A stretch of DNA of 64,000 bases, taken from the NCBI GenBank assembly GCA_964564165.1, contig CAZLZZ010000001.1:10257-74256 (forward strand). The letters are read 5' to 3'. Positions within the stretch are counted from its first letter, which is position 1, and the number at the start of each line of letters is the position of its first letter. A model generated the notes under the pieces. It saw nothing but the letters and a program-made list of their open reading frames with translations, was not told where the DNA came from and did no database searches. The stretch comes from an uncultured Alcanivoracaceae bacterium. GTDB taxonomy: Bacteria > Pseudomonadota > Gammaproteobacteria > Xanthomonadales > Marinicellaceae. Shown one piece after another: positions 1 through 8,943 of the stretch. A program made the position numbers and the translations under genes.

Positions 1-2
1 CT

Positions 3-134
3 GGTGGTTGGCATATAATTGGAAGAGCTCCTTTGTCCTTTTTTGACGTATCCAAAAGCCCACCTTGTTTTATTCAACCTTTGGATCAAATAAAATTTTA
101 CCCCATTAGTTTAGAAGAATATAACCGTGATTGA
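3..134 (+). CDS. pxpB: 5-oxoprolinase subunit B (PxpB/KipI family), C-terminal fragment cut by the window edge
   Basis: The frame starting at nt 3 reads GGWHIIGRAPLSFFDVSKSPPCFIQPLDQIKFYPISLEEYNRD*. The GGWxxIGRxP...FD block is the conserved C-terminus of KipI/PxpB. The TGA stop at 132-134 overlaps the GTG start of the downstream pxpC. Confidence 0.55.
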   Translation, partial: GGWHIIGRAPLSFFDVSKSPPCFIQPLDQIKFYPISLEEYNRD

Positions 135-978
135 AGTTGTTTCTACAGGAATATATTCAAGCATACAAGACCAGGGCCGCTTAGGGTATAGAAATATAGG
201 CGTGCCATTAAGTGGAGTGATGGACAGTTATAGTGCCAATTTGGCCAATGCTTTATTAAACAACCACAAACAATGTGCAGTATTAGAAACCACTTTTGTA
301 GGGCCAGTGTTGAGATTTCATCAAGAAACATTCATTGCCATCACGGGTGCAGACTGCTTGCCTAAGATTAATGGAAAGCCCATTTGTTTAAATTCTGCCC
401 ATAAAGTTTTAAAGGGCGATATATTGAGCTTGGGAAACACCATAACTGGTATTCGAAACTATCTGGCTGTGGCCGAGGGCTTTCAAAGCGAATTTGTTTT
501 AAACAGCCGCAGTTATTATGCAGGTATCACCGAAAATCAGACCTTAATCAAAGGTCAGTTTATAAAGATTTCCAAGCTGAATACTCTGATCATCAATCGC
601 ACAAAAACAACCCCCGGAAACACCTGTTCAAAACAACAGTCTATAGAGGTTACAAAGGGGCCAGAATTTAACCTTTTAGATAAAAAAAGCCAAGACACTT
701 TGTTTAGGAGAAAATTCAAAATTTCGAACCAAAGCAATCGCATGGCTTATCAATTTGAATCGAATGGTTGTCATAATTATTCAGAGACACAAGAAATAAT
801 TACATCATCTGTTCAACCAGGAACAGTACAATTAATGCCATCAGGAAAACCCATTGTTTTGATGCGAGATTGCCAAACCACTGGTGGGTATTCTAGGGTC
901 TTACAACTAACCGAAAAAGCCATTAATCAGTTAGCCCAAAAACGTCCCAATGATTTTGTTTTTTTCACTTTAAATTAA
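127..978 (+). CDS. pxpC: 5-oxoprolinase subunit C (PxpC/KipA, allophanate hydrolase subunit 2 family)
   Basis: 283-aa ORF. The N-terminus (GIYSSIQDQGRLGYRNIGVPLSGVMD) and the C-terminal TTGGY motif are typical of KipA/PxpC. It is translationally coupled to the pxpB fragment. Confidence 0.8.
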   Translation: MIEVVSTGIYSSIQDQGRLGYRNIGVPLSGVMDSYSANLANALLNNHKQCAVLETTFVGPVLRFHQETFIAITGADCLPKINGKPICLNSAHKVLKGDILSLGNTITGIRNYLAVAEGFQSEFVLNSRSYYAGITENQTLIKGQFIKISKLNTLIINRTKTTPGNTCSKQQSIEVTKGPEFNLLDKKSQDTLFRRKFKISNQSNRMAYQFESNGCHNYSETQEIITSSVQPGTVQLMPSGKPIVLMRDCQTTGGYSRVLQLTEKAINQLAQKRPNDFVFFTLN

Positions 979-1025
979 ATATTGCTTTATTTTATGCTTT
1001 TAACTATATTCAGCATTGCTAAAGT

Positions 1026-1054
1026 TTGACAATATCAATACCTTACTATATAAA
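1026..1054 (+). promoter_or_regulatory. Putative sigma70 promoter of the TonB-dependent receptor gene
   Basis: TTGACA (1026-1031), a 17-nt spacer, then TATAAA (1049-1054). It lies about 140 nt upstream of the ATG at 1197. Confidence 0.4.
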
Positions 1055-1196
1055 TATTACTCAGTTTCATATCTGTTTATCGGATTGACTAACTTAACCA
1101 AAAACGAGCTATATAATTTGAGCACTTTCTTATTAATAAAGGTGTCCCCCCGTGGCTTTGAAATAACAAACATACTTTAAATATAGGTGAAAAATA

Positions 1197-3620
1197 ATGA
1201 AAAGATACTCCTTCAGAAAAAACAAGTTAATCACAGCACTGGCAATTGCCAGCTTGGGTTTAACTTCACAGTTTGCTTTTGCTCAAGATGAAGAAGATGG
1301 TAGCAATAGCGAAGTAGAAACAGTAACAGTTATTGGCTCACGTAGCCAAAAAGCTCGCTCTGCAGCAGACTCGCCAGTTCCTGTCGATGTTATCAATGCT
1401 GATGATCTAAAAGCCATGGGCGGAGCAGTGGATTTAACCGACAGTTTGAAAACCTTGATTCCTTCTTATACAGCAACTCCAGCAACAGGCGATGGCAGTG
1501 CATTTGTACGACCCACTTCACTGCGTGGTACAGCACCTGATCAATCATTAATACTGATCAATGGTAAAAGACGTCATCGTTCTGCCTTGGTTCAATTCTT
1601 TGCACCAGCTGCGGGCAATGGAGCTCACGGCGTGGACATCGGAATGATTCCTACAATCGCTCTAAAACGTGTTGAAGTATTGCGTGATGGCGCATCTTCA
1701 CAGTATGGTTCTGATGCAATAGCTGGAGTGATGAATTTTGTCATGAGGGATGCTTCAGAAGGTGGTGAGTACAATGTTCAATATGGTCAACACTATGAAG
1801 GTGAACAAAATTACAGCGTAGGTATAAACCAAGGTTTTGCACTGGGCGAAACAGGTTTTGTAAATTTAAGTTTAGAGTACACAGACAACCAAGCACATTC
1901 TCGTGGTATTCAGCGTCAAGTTGCTCAAGACTTAATAGACAACGGTGCTGTTGGTGTTGGTGCTGATTCTCCATTTGGTGATGCGCCTTTTGTACAAACA
2001 TGGGGACGTCCTGAATCAAGTGCTTTAAGATTTTTCTTAAATTCAGCAATTGATGTCGGTGAAAACTCACTGTATGCACGAGTTGGATATGCTGATACAG
2101 ACGGCCGTTATAGATTTTTCTACAGAAACCCTAATCACAGTACTTTAACTGCACTAAGAGATTTGGGTTATGACGGACAATTAAATGAAGTAGGTTTTAC
2201 GCCTTTTTTAGATGGCGCTCAAACTGACTTTAGCTTCGTAACAGGTCTTGAAGGTGAGTTTTCGGGTGGAACCTATTTTGATTTTAGTATCGGATATGGC
2301 AGAAATGAATTAGATTACTTCTTAAACAACTCTATTAATGCAGGTTTAGGCCTAACTGGCAATTTACAAATTCCTCAAATGGATTTTGATGTGGGCGGAT
2401 ATGAGCAAAAAGAATTCAACTTAAATGCTGATTTTTCTTATGCTATGTCCGATAGTGTGAACCTTGCCTATGGTTTTGAATACAGAGACGAAACCTATAC
2501 CGCTATTGCTGGAGAACCCAGCTCTTATCAAAACGCTGATGGCACTGATGGCGCTGGCGTAAGTGGCTTCCGTGGCATTCCTGCATCTGATGCTGGAGAA
2601 TTTAGTCGAGATAACTTTGCAGTTTATGTTGATATTGAGCATGACATTTCTGATGACTTCATGTTGCAATATGCATTGCGTTATGAAGATTTTTCTGACT
2701 TTGGTAGTACCATCAATGGTAAATTAGCAGGCCGTTATAATGTCTCAGATACCACAGCGTTCCGTGGTGCAATCTCAACAGGTTTTCATGCACCAACTCC
2801 TGGTCAAGCCAATGTAAGAACAACCATTACTACATTTGATGGCGCTACTGGATTGCAGGTTGAAGAAGGCCTGATTCCTGTAACAGATCCAAGGGCAATA
2901 GCTGTAGGTGGTCAAGCATTAACAGAGGAAAAGTCACTTAACTTTAGTTTTGGTTTAACTTCTGACTTAACAGACAATACAACCATGACTTTAGACTTTT
3001 ATCAAATCAATGTTGATGATCGCATCTATCGTACAGGTGATATTGCTGCTCTTGATGGTTCTACCATATCGTTCTTTACCAACGCTTTAGATGTTGAACA
3101 CAGCGGTGTTGATTTGGTGATTACTTCGGCTAAAGACTGGAATGATTCTACCAGTACAGACTTTTCTTTTGCCTATGCCTACAACAAAATTGATGTAGTT
3201 AATCAAAAACTAGTCAATGGTGTTACTCCAGTTAGCGATAGTGCAGTTGAAGACATTGAAAACAACTACCCCAATCACAGATTTACCTTGTCGGCAAATA
3301 CTGAATTTGGAGACCAGTGGAACCTCTTGTTAAGAGCAACTTACTATGGTGAGCATTTTGATGAGCGTGGAAGAATCGGCGCAGAAACCAGTCCAAGTGC
3401 TTTAATTGATGGTGTTATGTATATCGATGCTGAAATTGGCTATTGGGTAAATGACAACCTTAGACTTAGGCTTGGTGCTTCCAATATCTTCGATACGTAT
3501 ATTGATGAAGTTAGTGCTCCAAATGCCAACCGTCAAAGTGTTGGTCTACAATACCCAAGACGAAGTGCAGCTAACTATGAAGGGGGTTCTTGGTATCTAG
3601 GTGCTACTTACTCTTTCTAA
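1197..3620 (+). CDS. TonB-dependent outer-membrane receptor
   Basis: 807 aa. It has a signal peptide (ALAIASLGLTSQFAFA/QD), a TonB-box-like ETVTVIGSR, a plug-domain motif (RVEVLRDGASSQYGSDAIAGVMNF), and a C-terminal beta-barrel ending in YLGATYSF with a terminal Phe. Confidence 0.9.
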   Translation: MKRYSFRKNKLITALAIASLGLTSQFAFAQDEEDGSNSEVETVTVIGSRSQKARSAADSPVPVDVINADDLKAMGGAVDLTDSLKTLIPSYTATPATGDGSAFVRPTSLRGTAPDQSLILINGKRRHRSALVQFFAPAAGNGAHGVDIGMIPTIALKRVEVLRDGASSQYGSDAIAGVMNFVMRDASEGGEYNVQYGQHYEGEQNYSVGINQGFALGETGFVNLSLEYTDNQAHSRGIQRQVAQDLIDNGAVGVGADSPFGDAPFVQTWGRPESSALRFFLNSAIDVGENSLYARVGYADTDGRYRFFYRNPNHSTLTALRDLGYDGQLNEVGFTPFLDGAQTDFSFVTGLEGEFSGGTYFDFSIGYGRNELDYFLNNSINAGLGLTGNLQIPQMDFDVGGYEQKEFNLNADFSYAMSDSVNLAYGFEYRDETYTAIAGEPSSYQNADGTDGAGVSGFRGIPASDAGEFSRDNFAVYVDIEHDISDDFMLQYALRYEDFSDFGSTINGKLAGRYNVSDTTAFRGAISTGFHAPTPGQANVRTTITTFDGATGLQVEEGLIPVTDPRAIAVGGQALTEEKSLNFSFGLTSDLTDNTTMTLDFYQINVDDRIYRTGDIAALDGSTISFFTNALDVEHSGVDLVITSAKDWNDSTSTDFSFAYAYNKIDVVNQKLVNGVTPVSDSAVEDIENNYPNHRFTLSANTEFGDQWNLLLRATYYGEHFDERGRIGAETSPSALIDGVMYIDAEIGYWVNDNLRLRLGASNIFDTYIDEVSAPNANRQSVGLQYPRRSAANYEGGSWYLGATYSF

Positions 3621-3664
3621 GATAAAGAAATAGGAGCTTTTATAGCTCCTTAAGACTTAAAGAA

Positions 3665-3698
3665 GCGGTCACAATACATTTTGTGGCCGTTTTTTTTT
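3665..3698 (+). terminator. Rho-independent terminator after the receptor gene
   Basis: A 10-bp stem (GCGGTCACAA / TTGTGGCCGT, with G-U pairs), a 6-nt loop, and a run of 9 T. Confidence 0.7.
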
Positions 3699-3934
3699 AA
3701 AAGTTAAAAATTGATTGAAGGGTTAAAATATAAAGGGTATATTTCGAGCTCAACCCATAACGCTGTATAAAGTTGCATAAAAATGAACTCAAAAATTAAT
3801 TCTCACCTTTGGCAAGGAAAAGAGTCTGATGCTCAGGCTCAAGCAGCTCCAAGAAAGGAATACATGAGAATCCAAGGGGGTTTACAACTAATAAGAGTCT
3901 TGTTAAATTTCACAGAATTAAATTTTGTATTTGT

Positions 3935-4381
3935 ATGAAAAAACTTAGCCAAGTATTGAGCGTTTTTATACTGCTGATGATTGCCTTGAGCTTTTTTACC
4001 GTGTTTGTCAGTTATTTTTTTAACTGGGTGTTTATTTCCGTTCAAGAGCTCATCATTTATCTACACAGCAGTATATTTATGTTGGGCATTGTTTATGCTT
4101 TTTCTGAAGATAAACATGTGCGTATTGACATTTTTTACCAATCGTATTCTGCTCGTAAAAAAAGAAAGGTCAATCTTTGGGGTTCAGTCTTTTTATTGAT
4201 CCCGTTGTTTGCTTTTATGTTCTATATCTCCTTAGAATACGTCATGGCATCGTGGTCAAAGCTTGAGGGTTCGCCAGAATCAGGCGGCCTGCCCTTTGTT
4301 TATGGTCTAAAATCATTGATACTTATATTGCCTATTTCTATGATTGCGTATTCCATCACTCAAATGTTTAGGAAGCCTTAA
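3935..4381 (+). CDS. TRAP transporter small permease (DctQ-like)
   Basis: 148 aa with 4 predicted TM segments and a DKHVRIDIF motif typical of TRAP small subunits. Its stop overlaps the start of the large permease (TAATG). Confidence 0.8.
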   Translation: MKKLSQVLSVFILLMIALSFFTVFVSYFFNWVFISVQELIIYLHSSIFMLGIVYAFSEDKHVRIDIFYQSYSARKKRKVNLWGSVFLLIPLFAFMFYISLEYVMASWSKLEGSPESGGLPFVYGLKSLILILPISMIAYSITQMFRKP

Positions 4382-5742
4382 TGGAAGCCTTTTGGGCACT
4401 GGGCTTATTCGTTACAGTAGCACTGGTATTACTGGTTGGTTACCCTGTTGCCATAACTTTGGGCGCTGTTTCCTTGTGGTTTGCTTTTGCCGGCTGGCTG
4501 GCTGGTTGGTTTGATGCTGATTTTTTAATGGCAATGCCCAATAGAGTCTACGGTATAATGACCAATGTAACCTTAATGGCTGTCCCTGTTTTTATTTTTA
4601 TGGGGCTGGTTTTAGAAAAGGCCAAACTGGCACAATCCTTATTAGAAAATATGGCAGCACTATTGGGTGGAGCTAAAGGCGGACTGGGATTTGCCTTGTT
4701 AATTGTTGGTGCTCTACTTGCTGCTAGCACTGGCATTGTTGGTGCTACCGTTGTCACTTTAAGTTTGTTGGCACTGCCGGTCATGAAAAAAAATGGCTAC
4801 GATGAATCATTAAGCGCCGGAACAATTTGTGCAACAGGAACACTGGGACAAATTATCCCGCCATCGATTGTTTTGGTATTGTTGGGCGATGTGTTATCTA
4901 ATGCTTATCAACAGGCTCAATTAGACATGGGTATTTTTTCACCAAAAACAGTTTCAGTGGGTGAGTTGTTTGCAGGTGCCATTGTTCCTGGTTTAATTTT
5001 GTTGGGGCTTTATGGGCTTTATTGGGTTTACATTGTTTTAAGGTGCCCACACAAAGCACCGGCCATGGACCCACAATTTAGCACTCCTTTAAGCAAACCT
5101 TTATGGCAAATATTCGCCTCATTATTGCCTCCACTGTTGTTGATTATTGCTGTACTTGGTTCTATTATTAGTGGTGTTGCCTCACCAACTGAAGCGGCCT
5201 CTGTTGGTGCTGTTGGTGCTTTATTGCTTGCTTACTTAAAAAAGCAACTGTCACTGGGAGTCCTAATGGAAGTATCCAGAGAAACGGTGAAAATCACATC
5301 CATGATATTTATGATACTTATAGGTGCTGCATTGTTCTCGTTGGTATTTAAAGGATTTCATGGAAATGAAATCATTGCTCAGTTTTTACTTGATTTACCC
5401 GGTGGCAAAATGACCGCTTTTTTCGTTGTCATGCTTGTCATGTTTATTCTTGGGTTTATTCTTGATTTTATAGAAATTACTTTCGTCATTGTGCCCATTG
5501 TCGGGCCTATTTTATTGTCGCAAGGATTTGATCCCGTTTGGCTTGGCATCATGTTTGCTATCAACTTACAAACTTCGTTTTTAACTCCGCCTTTTGGCTT
5601 TGCATTGTTTTATTTAAAAGGTGTGAGTGATATTGATTCAAAAAAACTCTACAAAGGTGTCATTCCATTTATACTTATCCAAATTTTAGTGTTATTATTG
5701 CTGGTATGGCAACCAAAACTTACTTCTCTTATCTCTTTTTAA
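4381..5742 (+). CDS. TRAP transporter large permease (DctM-like)
   Basis: 453-aa polytopic membrane protein with DctM-type blocks (GTLGQIIPPSIVLVLLG, NLQTSFLTPPFGFALFYLKG). Confidence 0.9.
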   Translation: MEAFWALGLFVTVALVLLVGYPVAITLGAVSLWFAFAGWLAGWFDADFLMAMPNRVYGIMTNVTLMAVPVFIFMGLVLEKAKLAQSLLENMAALLGGAKGGLGFALLIVGALLAASTGIVGATVVTLSLLALPVMKKNGYDESLSAGTICATGTLGQIIPPSIVLVLLGDVLSNAYQQAQLDMGIFSPKTVSVGELFAGAIVPGLILLGLYGLYWVYIVLRCPHKAPAMDPQFSTPLSKPLWQIFASLLPPLLLIIAVLGSIISGVASPTEAASVGAVGALLLAYLKKQLSLGVLMEVSRETVKITSMIFMILIGAALFSLVFKGFHGNEIIAQFLLDLPGGKMTAFFVVMLVMFILGFILDFIEITFVIVPIVGPILLSQGFDPVWLGIMFAINLQTSFLTPPFGFALFYLKGVSDIDSKKLYKGVIPFILIQILVLLLLVWQPKLTSLISF

Positions 5743-6365
5743 TCCTGTTTACTTTAACTGTTTCAGCCAAAACGGATGAGCAGCAATTGACACAATGGAC
5801 CATAGAAAATGAAAAGAAACTATTAAACGATTACCCAATAATCCCATCAAAGTGGTTTGAACAAACCTGTATGGACCTTATCAAGTCAATGCATTTTAAT
5901 CAAATAAACCAGTGCAAACTGTTTAAATCAGATTTTATAAATGCTTATGTGTTTGATAACGGGCATGTCTATTTTTCAACAGCCATGATGGCACTGATAA
6001 ATAACAAGCACCAATGGGCTGCAATTTTGGCGCATGAAAATGCACACATAGAATTACAACACTATTTGGAAACACTCAAAAAAATCAAAAAACCAGGTAT
6101 TTTCTTTCCAAAAAGAAAAATCAGAGCCCTGATTAAAAACAACGAACAAGCCGCAGATGACTGGTCAAAAATAAAACTTCAAGAATTTGGTTATGATTAC
6201 AATCAAATTGTATTTTTTTTCCAAAGAGTAAAAACATCACAAGGAGAAAACCGAAACAAAACTCACCTCAAATTATCCAAAAGAATCAATACAACCAATC
6301 AGCCCGAAATCATTGATAAACTCTTAATCTCTCAGATAGACCAATTTCAATGGCAAGATGATTAA
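5706..6365 (+). CDS. Secreted M48-like zinc metallopeptidase (HExxH)
   Basis: 219 aa with an N-terminal signal peptide. The HExxH motif is in AILAHENAHIELQH. The start overlaps the end of dctM, so the true start is uncertain. Confidence 0.55.
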   Translation: MATKTYFSYLFLILFTLTVSAKTDEQQLTQWTIENEKKLLNDYPIIPSKWFEQTCMDLIKSMHFNQINQCKLFKSDFINAYVFDNGHVYFSTAMMALINNKHQWAAILAHENAHIELQHYLETLKKIKKPGIFFPKRKIRALIKNNEQAADDWSKIKLQEFGYDYNQIVFFFQRVKTSQGENRNKTHLKLSKRINTTNQPEIIDKLLISQIDQFQWQDD

Positions 6366-6869
6366 TCAAAAAATTTCTTCAACCTCAATTTGGATCATAT
6401 ACAAGCGCATATCAAATTCTAGTTGGTGATAGTCGCTTAGCATGTGTTGACAGAGTTGGTAGAAGGCTTTGTTGTGTTGTTTTTCTTTTAAATGTGCCAA
6501 CTCGTGTACGACTATCATATTCAGCAACTCAATAGGTGCTTTTTTAAACACTGAACTGATGCGTAACTCGTTTTTCATTTTTACTTTATTGCCCTGAATT
6601 CTGGGAACATAACTGTGCAAACCAAGGGCATTATTAACCACATGAATCTTGCCATCATAAACCACCTTGCTCAATGGAGGTGATTTCTTCATGTATTGGT
6701 TTTTGATACCCATGGCATATTCGCGCAAGTCTTTGTCATTGCTTATGGAGTGGGGTTTTGGGTATTTTTTTAACAGAAAATTGACCAGTTTACCATCATC
6801 TAACATTTTTTGAACTTGGTCTTGTAGGCTTTGTGGGTAGGAACTGATGTATTTCAACGACTTTGTCAT
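6366..6869 (-). CDS. YgjP-like (DUF45 / M48 family) metallopeptidase
   Basis: 167 aa. The C-terminal VVHELAHLKEKQHNKAFYQLCQHMLSDY is the characteristic DUF45 HExxH...H...F block. Confidence 0.75.
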   Translation of the reverse strand: MTKSLKYISSYPQSLQDQVQKMLDDGKLVNFLLKKYPKPHSISNDKDLREYAMGIKNQYMKKSPPLSKVVYDGKIHVVNNALGLHSYVPRIQGNKVKMKNELRISSVFKKAPIELLNMIVVHELAHLKEKQHNKAFYQLCQHMLSDYHQLEFDMRLYMIQIEVEEIF

Positions 6870-6871
6870 CC

Positions 6872-7303
6872 TTAGAATTCTTCTTCGGCATCGTAATCAA
6901 ATGCGCCAAGTAGTGTAAGATAATCATCTTTGCCCATGCCTGTTTGTTTGTTGCTGTATTCAAATTCATACAACAAAACCGCCCAAGTGATCGACAGCAA
7001 GTCTTTCTTTTTGGCCTTGTTCATTAGATTTTTGATAAAAGAATCAGCATAGGAACATTCTCCAATGGCTTTTTCTGTTTTTATCATCCCTTCGGTTGCA
7101 CCATTTGTTTCTAGATGTTCTGGGGCAAAATAACGTATCTTAAAGTTATCTGACCATTGGTTTTTAGCCCGGGTATCGTTTTTGAAAAGTGTTTCTTCAA
7201 AATATTCATCAGGAATATCTGCATAAGGATGGGTTGAAACCCATACCGATACCTTGTTTTTTTTTTGGAACAAAAACCCTTTTGTCTGTTTGCTGTTTTT
7301 CAT
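6872..7303 (-). CDS. Hypothetical protein, possibly immunity-protein-22-like (orphan polymorphic-toxin immunity)
   Basis: The likely start is the internal ATG at 7303 (MKNSKQ), preceded by GAGAG. The VSVWVS...DIPDEYFEE... pattern and the acidic C-terminus resemble Imm22-family proteins. This is recognition by eye only. The gene lies 2 nt upstream of the DUF45 gene. Confidence 0.35.
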   Translation of the reverse strand: MKNSKQTKGFLFQKKNKVSVWVSTHPYADIPDEYFEETLFKNDTRAKNQWSDNFKIRYFAPEHLETNGATEGMIKTEKAIGECSYADSFIKNLMNKAKKKDLLSITWAVLLYEFEYSNKQTGMGKDDYLTLLGAFDYDAEEEF

Positions 7304-7507
7304 GTTTATTCTCTCGTTCTTAATGCTGACATTATAAATCCTATTGAGCTCATTGATAAATAGTCTTGTCACATTATCCCGTATATTATATAGAACAACG
7401 GAATTTACAGAGAAGATGGGGCTTTTAAATGTTGGCGATTAAAGAGGTATGTTCTAAAAGCGTCTGATTTTCCTGAAGACATTTTTAGCCACTGCTGAAT
7501 TCAAGTT

Positions 7508-7596
7508 ATATATGGAGAGACTTAATAATACTTTTGGAATCGGGGCTTTAGCCCTGCCAATCTAGCAAGTTTAAGCGCGACTAAAGTCGCGATTCC
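7508..7596. repeat. 43-bp direct repeat copy 1 (7508-7550), continuing into an inverted REP pair (7536-7554 and 7575-7596)
   Basis: ATATATGGAGAGACTTAATAATACTTTTGGAATCGGGGCTTTA recurs at 8792-8834 with 1 mismatch. GGAATCGGGGCTTTAGCCC and GCGCGACTAAAGTCGCGATTCC are inverted copies of the REP consensus also seen at 31303-31366 and 32593-32812. Confidence 0.8.
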
Positions 7597-7627
7597 GATA
7601 GTTTTTTCACAATATCTTAGTCGCTGA

Positions 7628-8164
7628 TTACTTTTGTTGTTTTATCCATGCAGGCCAGTTGATTTCTTTTTTTGCTGTGATGGTTAATTGACATGAGTCT
7701 ATAGCATCTAAAAACAACACACAATTATTGCCAGCAGTACGAAAACTTGGAACAATAATTCCTTGATAGCCTAAAAATTGAGCAGCAGAACCAATCTTTT
7801 GACTTTGGGCAAACTCTTTTCTGTTGTTTGTATCTATGTTTAATTCAGTTAGTAATTTTTTATTCAATAGGTTGAGTAACTTAATATTTTTAACTTTCAG
7901 TTCGCAAATCACCATTGCACAGGATGAAAACACCGGGGCTTGTGATAAATGATAATGCAACTCTGCCATTGAAGTGTTTTGCTCAAGGCTGGTATAAAGT
8001 GCAACGATTTGATTGTGCAAAGTACTCTTTGGGCTCCATCTTCCTCCTGCGACTCCTCCTTGTAAGGGGCTGCGTGTTTTCCAACTTGTGCGCCAAAGAG
8101 TTCCTGAGAAGTTTTCAACATCAAGCTGACTTAAGGCATCAATTATTTCCCTGTCATGAGACAC
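7628..8164 (-). CDS. RES-domain toxin (RES family NAD+ phosphorylase)
   Basis: 178 aa. The sequence has the WRTSW...GGRWSP...ALYTS...AELHYH signature spacing of the RES domain. The GTG start overlaps the stop of the upstream antitoxin. Confidence 0.85.
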   Translation of the reverse strand: MSHDREIIDALSQLDVENFSGTLWRTSWKTRSPLQGGVAGGRWSPKSTLHNQIVALYTSLEQNTSMAELHYHLSQAPVFSSCAMVICELKVKNIKLLNLLNKKLLTELNIDTNNRKEFAQSQKIGSAAQFLGYQGIIVPSFRTAGNNCVLFLDAIDSCQLTITAKKEINWPAWIKQQK

Positions 8165-8502
8165 TAAATATAGGTTCCAGAAGCCTGGCGCTCAATTGCA
8201 TCAAGTACAACTTCAGTCTGTTGGTTATGAATCAAGTCAATGGCTTTTTTTCCATCTAAGAGCTGATTGTTCGCATACAACCACAACCTCGTTTCATCAG
8301 GACTGTAAAATTCAGACAAGGCATCAATGACATACCTCAAATCCGAAAAGATTAATTGTGTACCTGTGTCAGGTGTGGATTTCCCCGATTTCCAGCGTGA
8401 AAAAGTGGCAGTAGAAACAGAAACTATATTGGCTAAATCTATGCCTTTTAATGTACTGTTATCGTTAATTTGATTAATAACTGATGATAATGCAGTGCTC
8501 AT
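8164..8502 (-). CDS. Xre/MbcA/ParS-type antitoxin (DUF2384) of the RES toxin
   Basis: The start is taken at ATG 8502 (MSTALSS...). It has an HTH-like VSTATFSRWKSGKSTP segment and a C-terminal DUF2384 block (WLYANNQLLDGKKAIDLI). It lies directly upstream of the RES gene. Confidence 0.75.
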   Translation of the reverse strand: MSTALSSVINQINDNSTLKGIDLANIVSVSTATFSRWKSGKSTPDTGTQLIFSDLRYVIDALSEFYSPDETRLWLYANNQLLDGKKAIDLIHNQQTEVVLDAIERQASGTYI

Positions 8503-8616
8503 GGCTTTGGTGGTTCTTTTAAAATCAACACTATTATTACCTATTTGTTTCACAGATTCAACTTGATGAAATAAATGTGTAATAAAATAAATAAATTTTA
8601 ATCTTAACTTCATGCT

Positions 8617-8678
8617 CTTCATGGTGAAAAACAATCACGTGATTCAATCATCTTGCGATATAATGAAACTTTCGATAC
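8617..8678. repeat. 62-bp direct repeat, copy 1 (partner at 9671-9732)
   Basis: CTTCATGGTGAAAAACAATCACGTGATTCAATCATCTTGCGATATAATGAAACTTTCGATAC compared with the copy at 9671-9732. About 55 of 62 positions are identical by eye. Confidence 0.8.
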
Positions 8679-8789
8679 TTCGATACTTCGAAACAACGAG
8701 ACAACGTCATTGGTAGCTAGGCATTTTTAGATTTGCTTGACGTGCTAAGTGGCTGCGCTATAATCGAGTTTTCTATATCGGGATTTGGG
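8640..8789 (+). mobile_element. MITE-A family variant (right two-thirds clearly homologous to 41081-41243)
   Basis: CATTGGTAGCTAGGCATTTTTAGATTTGCTTGACGTGCTAAGTGGCTGCGCTATAATCGAGTTTTCTATATCGGGATTTGGG aligns to 41161-41243. The left end (CGATATAATGAAAC) only loosely matches the left TIR. Confidence 0.55.
8737..8764 (+). promoter_or_regulatory. Near-consensus sigma70 promoter carried inside the MITE-A variant, pointing at the alpha/beta hydrolase gene
   Basis: TTGACG (8737-8742), a 16-nt spacer, then TATAAT (8759-8764). Confidence 0.5.
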
Positions 8790-8791
8790 AC

Positions 8792-8834
8792 ATATATAGA
8801 GAGACTTAATAATACTTTTGGAATCGGGGCTTTA
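8792..8834. repeat. 43-bp direct repeat copy 2, ending inside a truncated REP
   Basis: ATATATAGAGAGACTTAATAATACTTTTGGAATCGGGGCTTTA. Homology to copy 1 stops exactly after GGGGCTTTA. Confidence 0.8.
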
Positions 8835-8943
8835 CAAACTGTTTATTGTATTAATTTAATATTATTAAGTTTGCTCATTTTAACATTGATTGGGTGTATG
8901 GATTAATGGCATAATAAATTGATTTTGTGTAAAATAGTTAAAT

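Noticed and set aside
1000-1196. A Fur box or riboswitch upstream of the TonB-dependent receptor, and LexA boxes upstream of dinB, dinG and the vapBC-led block.
   Set aside because: No convincing match to GATAATGATAATCATTATC or to CTGT-N8-ACAG was found by eye. The CTGT...ACAG at 50241-50267 is the arm pair of the terminator hairpin.
3783-3938. A 51-aa ORF upstream of dctQ, considered as a remnant of the missing TRAP solute-binding protein.
   Set aside because: The sequence shows no DctP/TAXI-like motifs, there is no signal peptide, and it overlaps the dctQ start.
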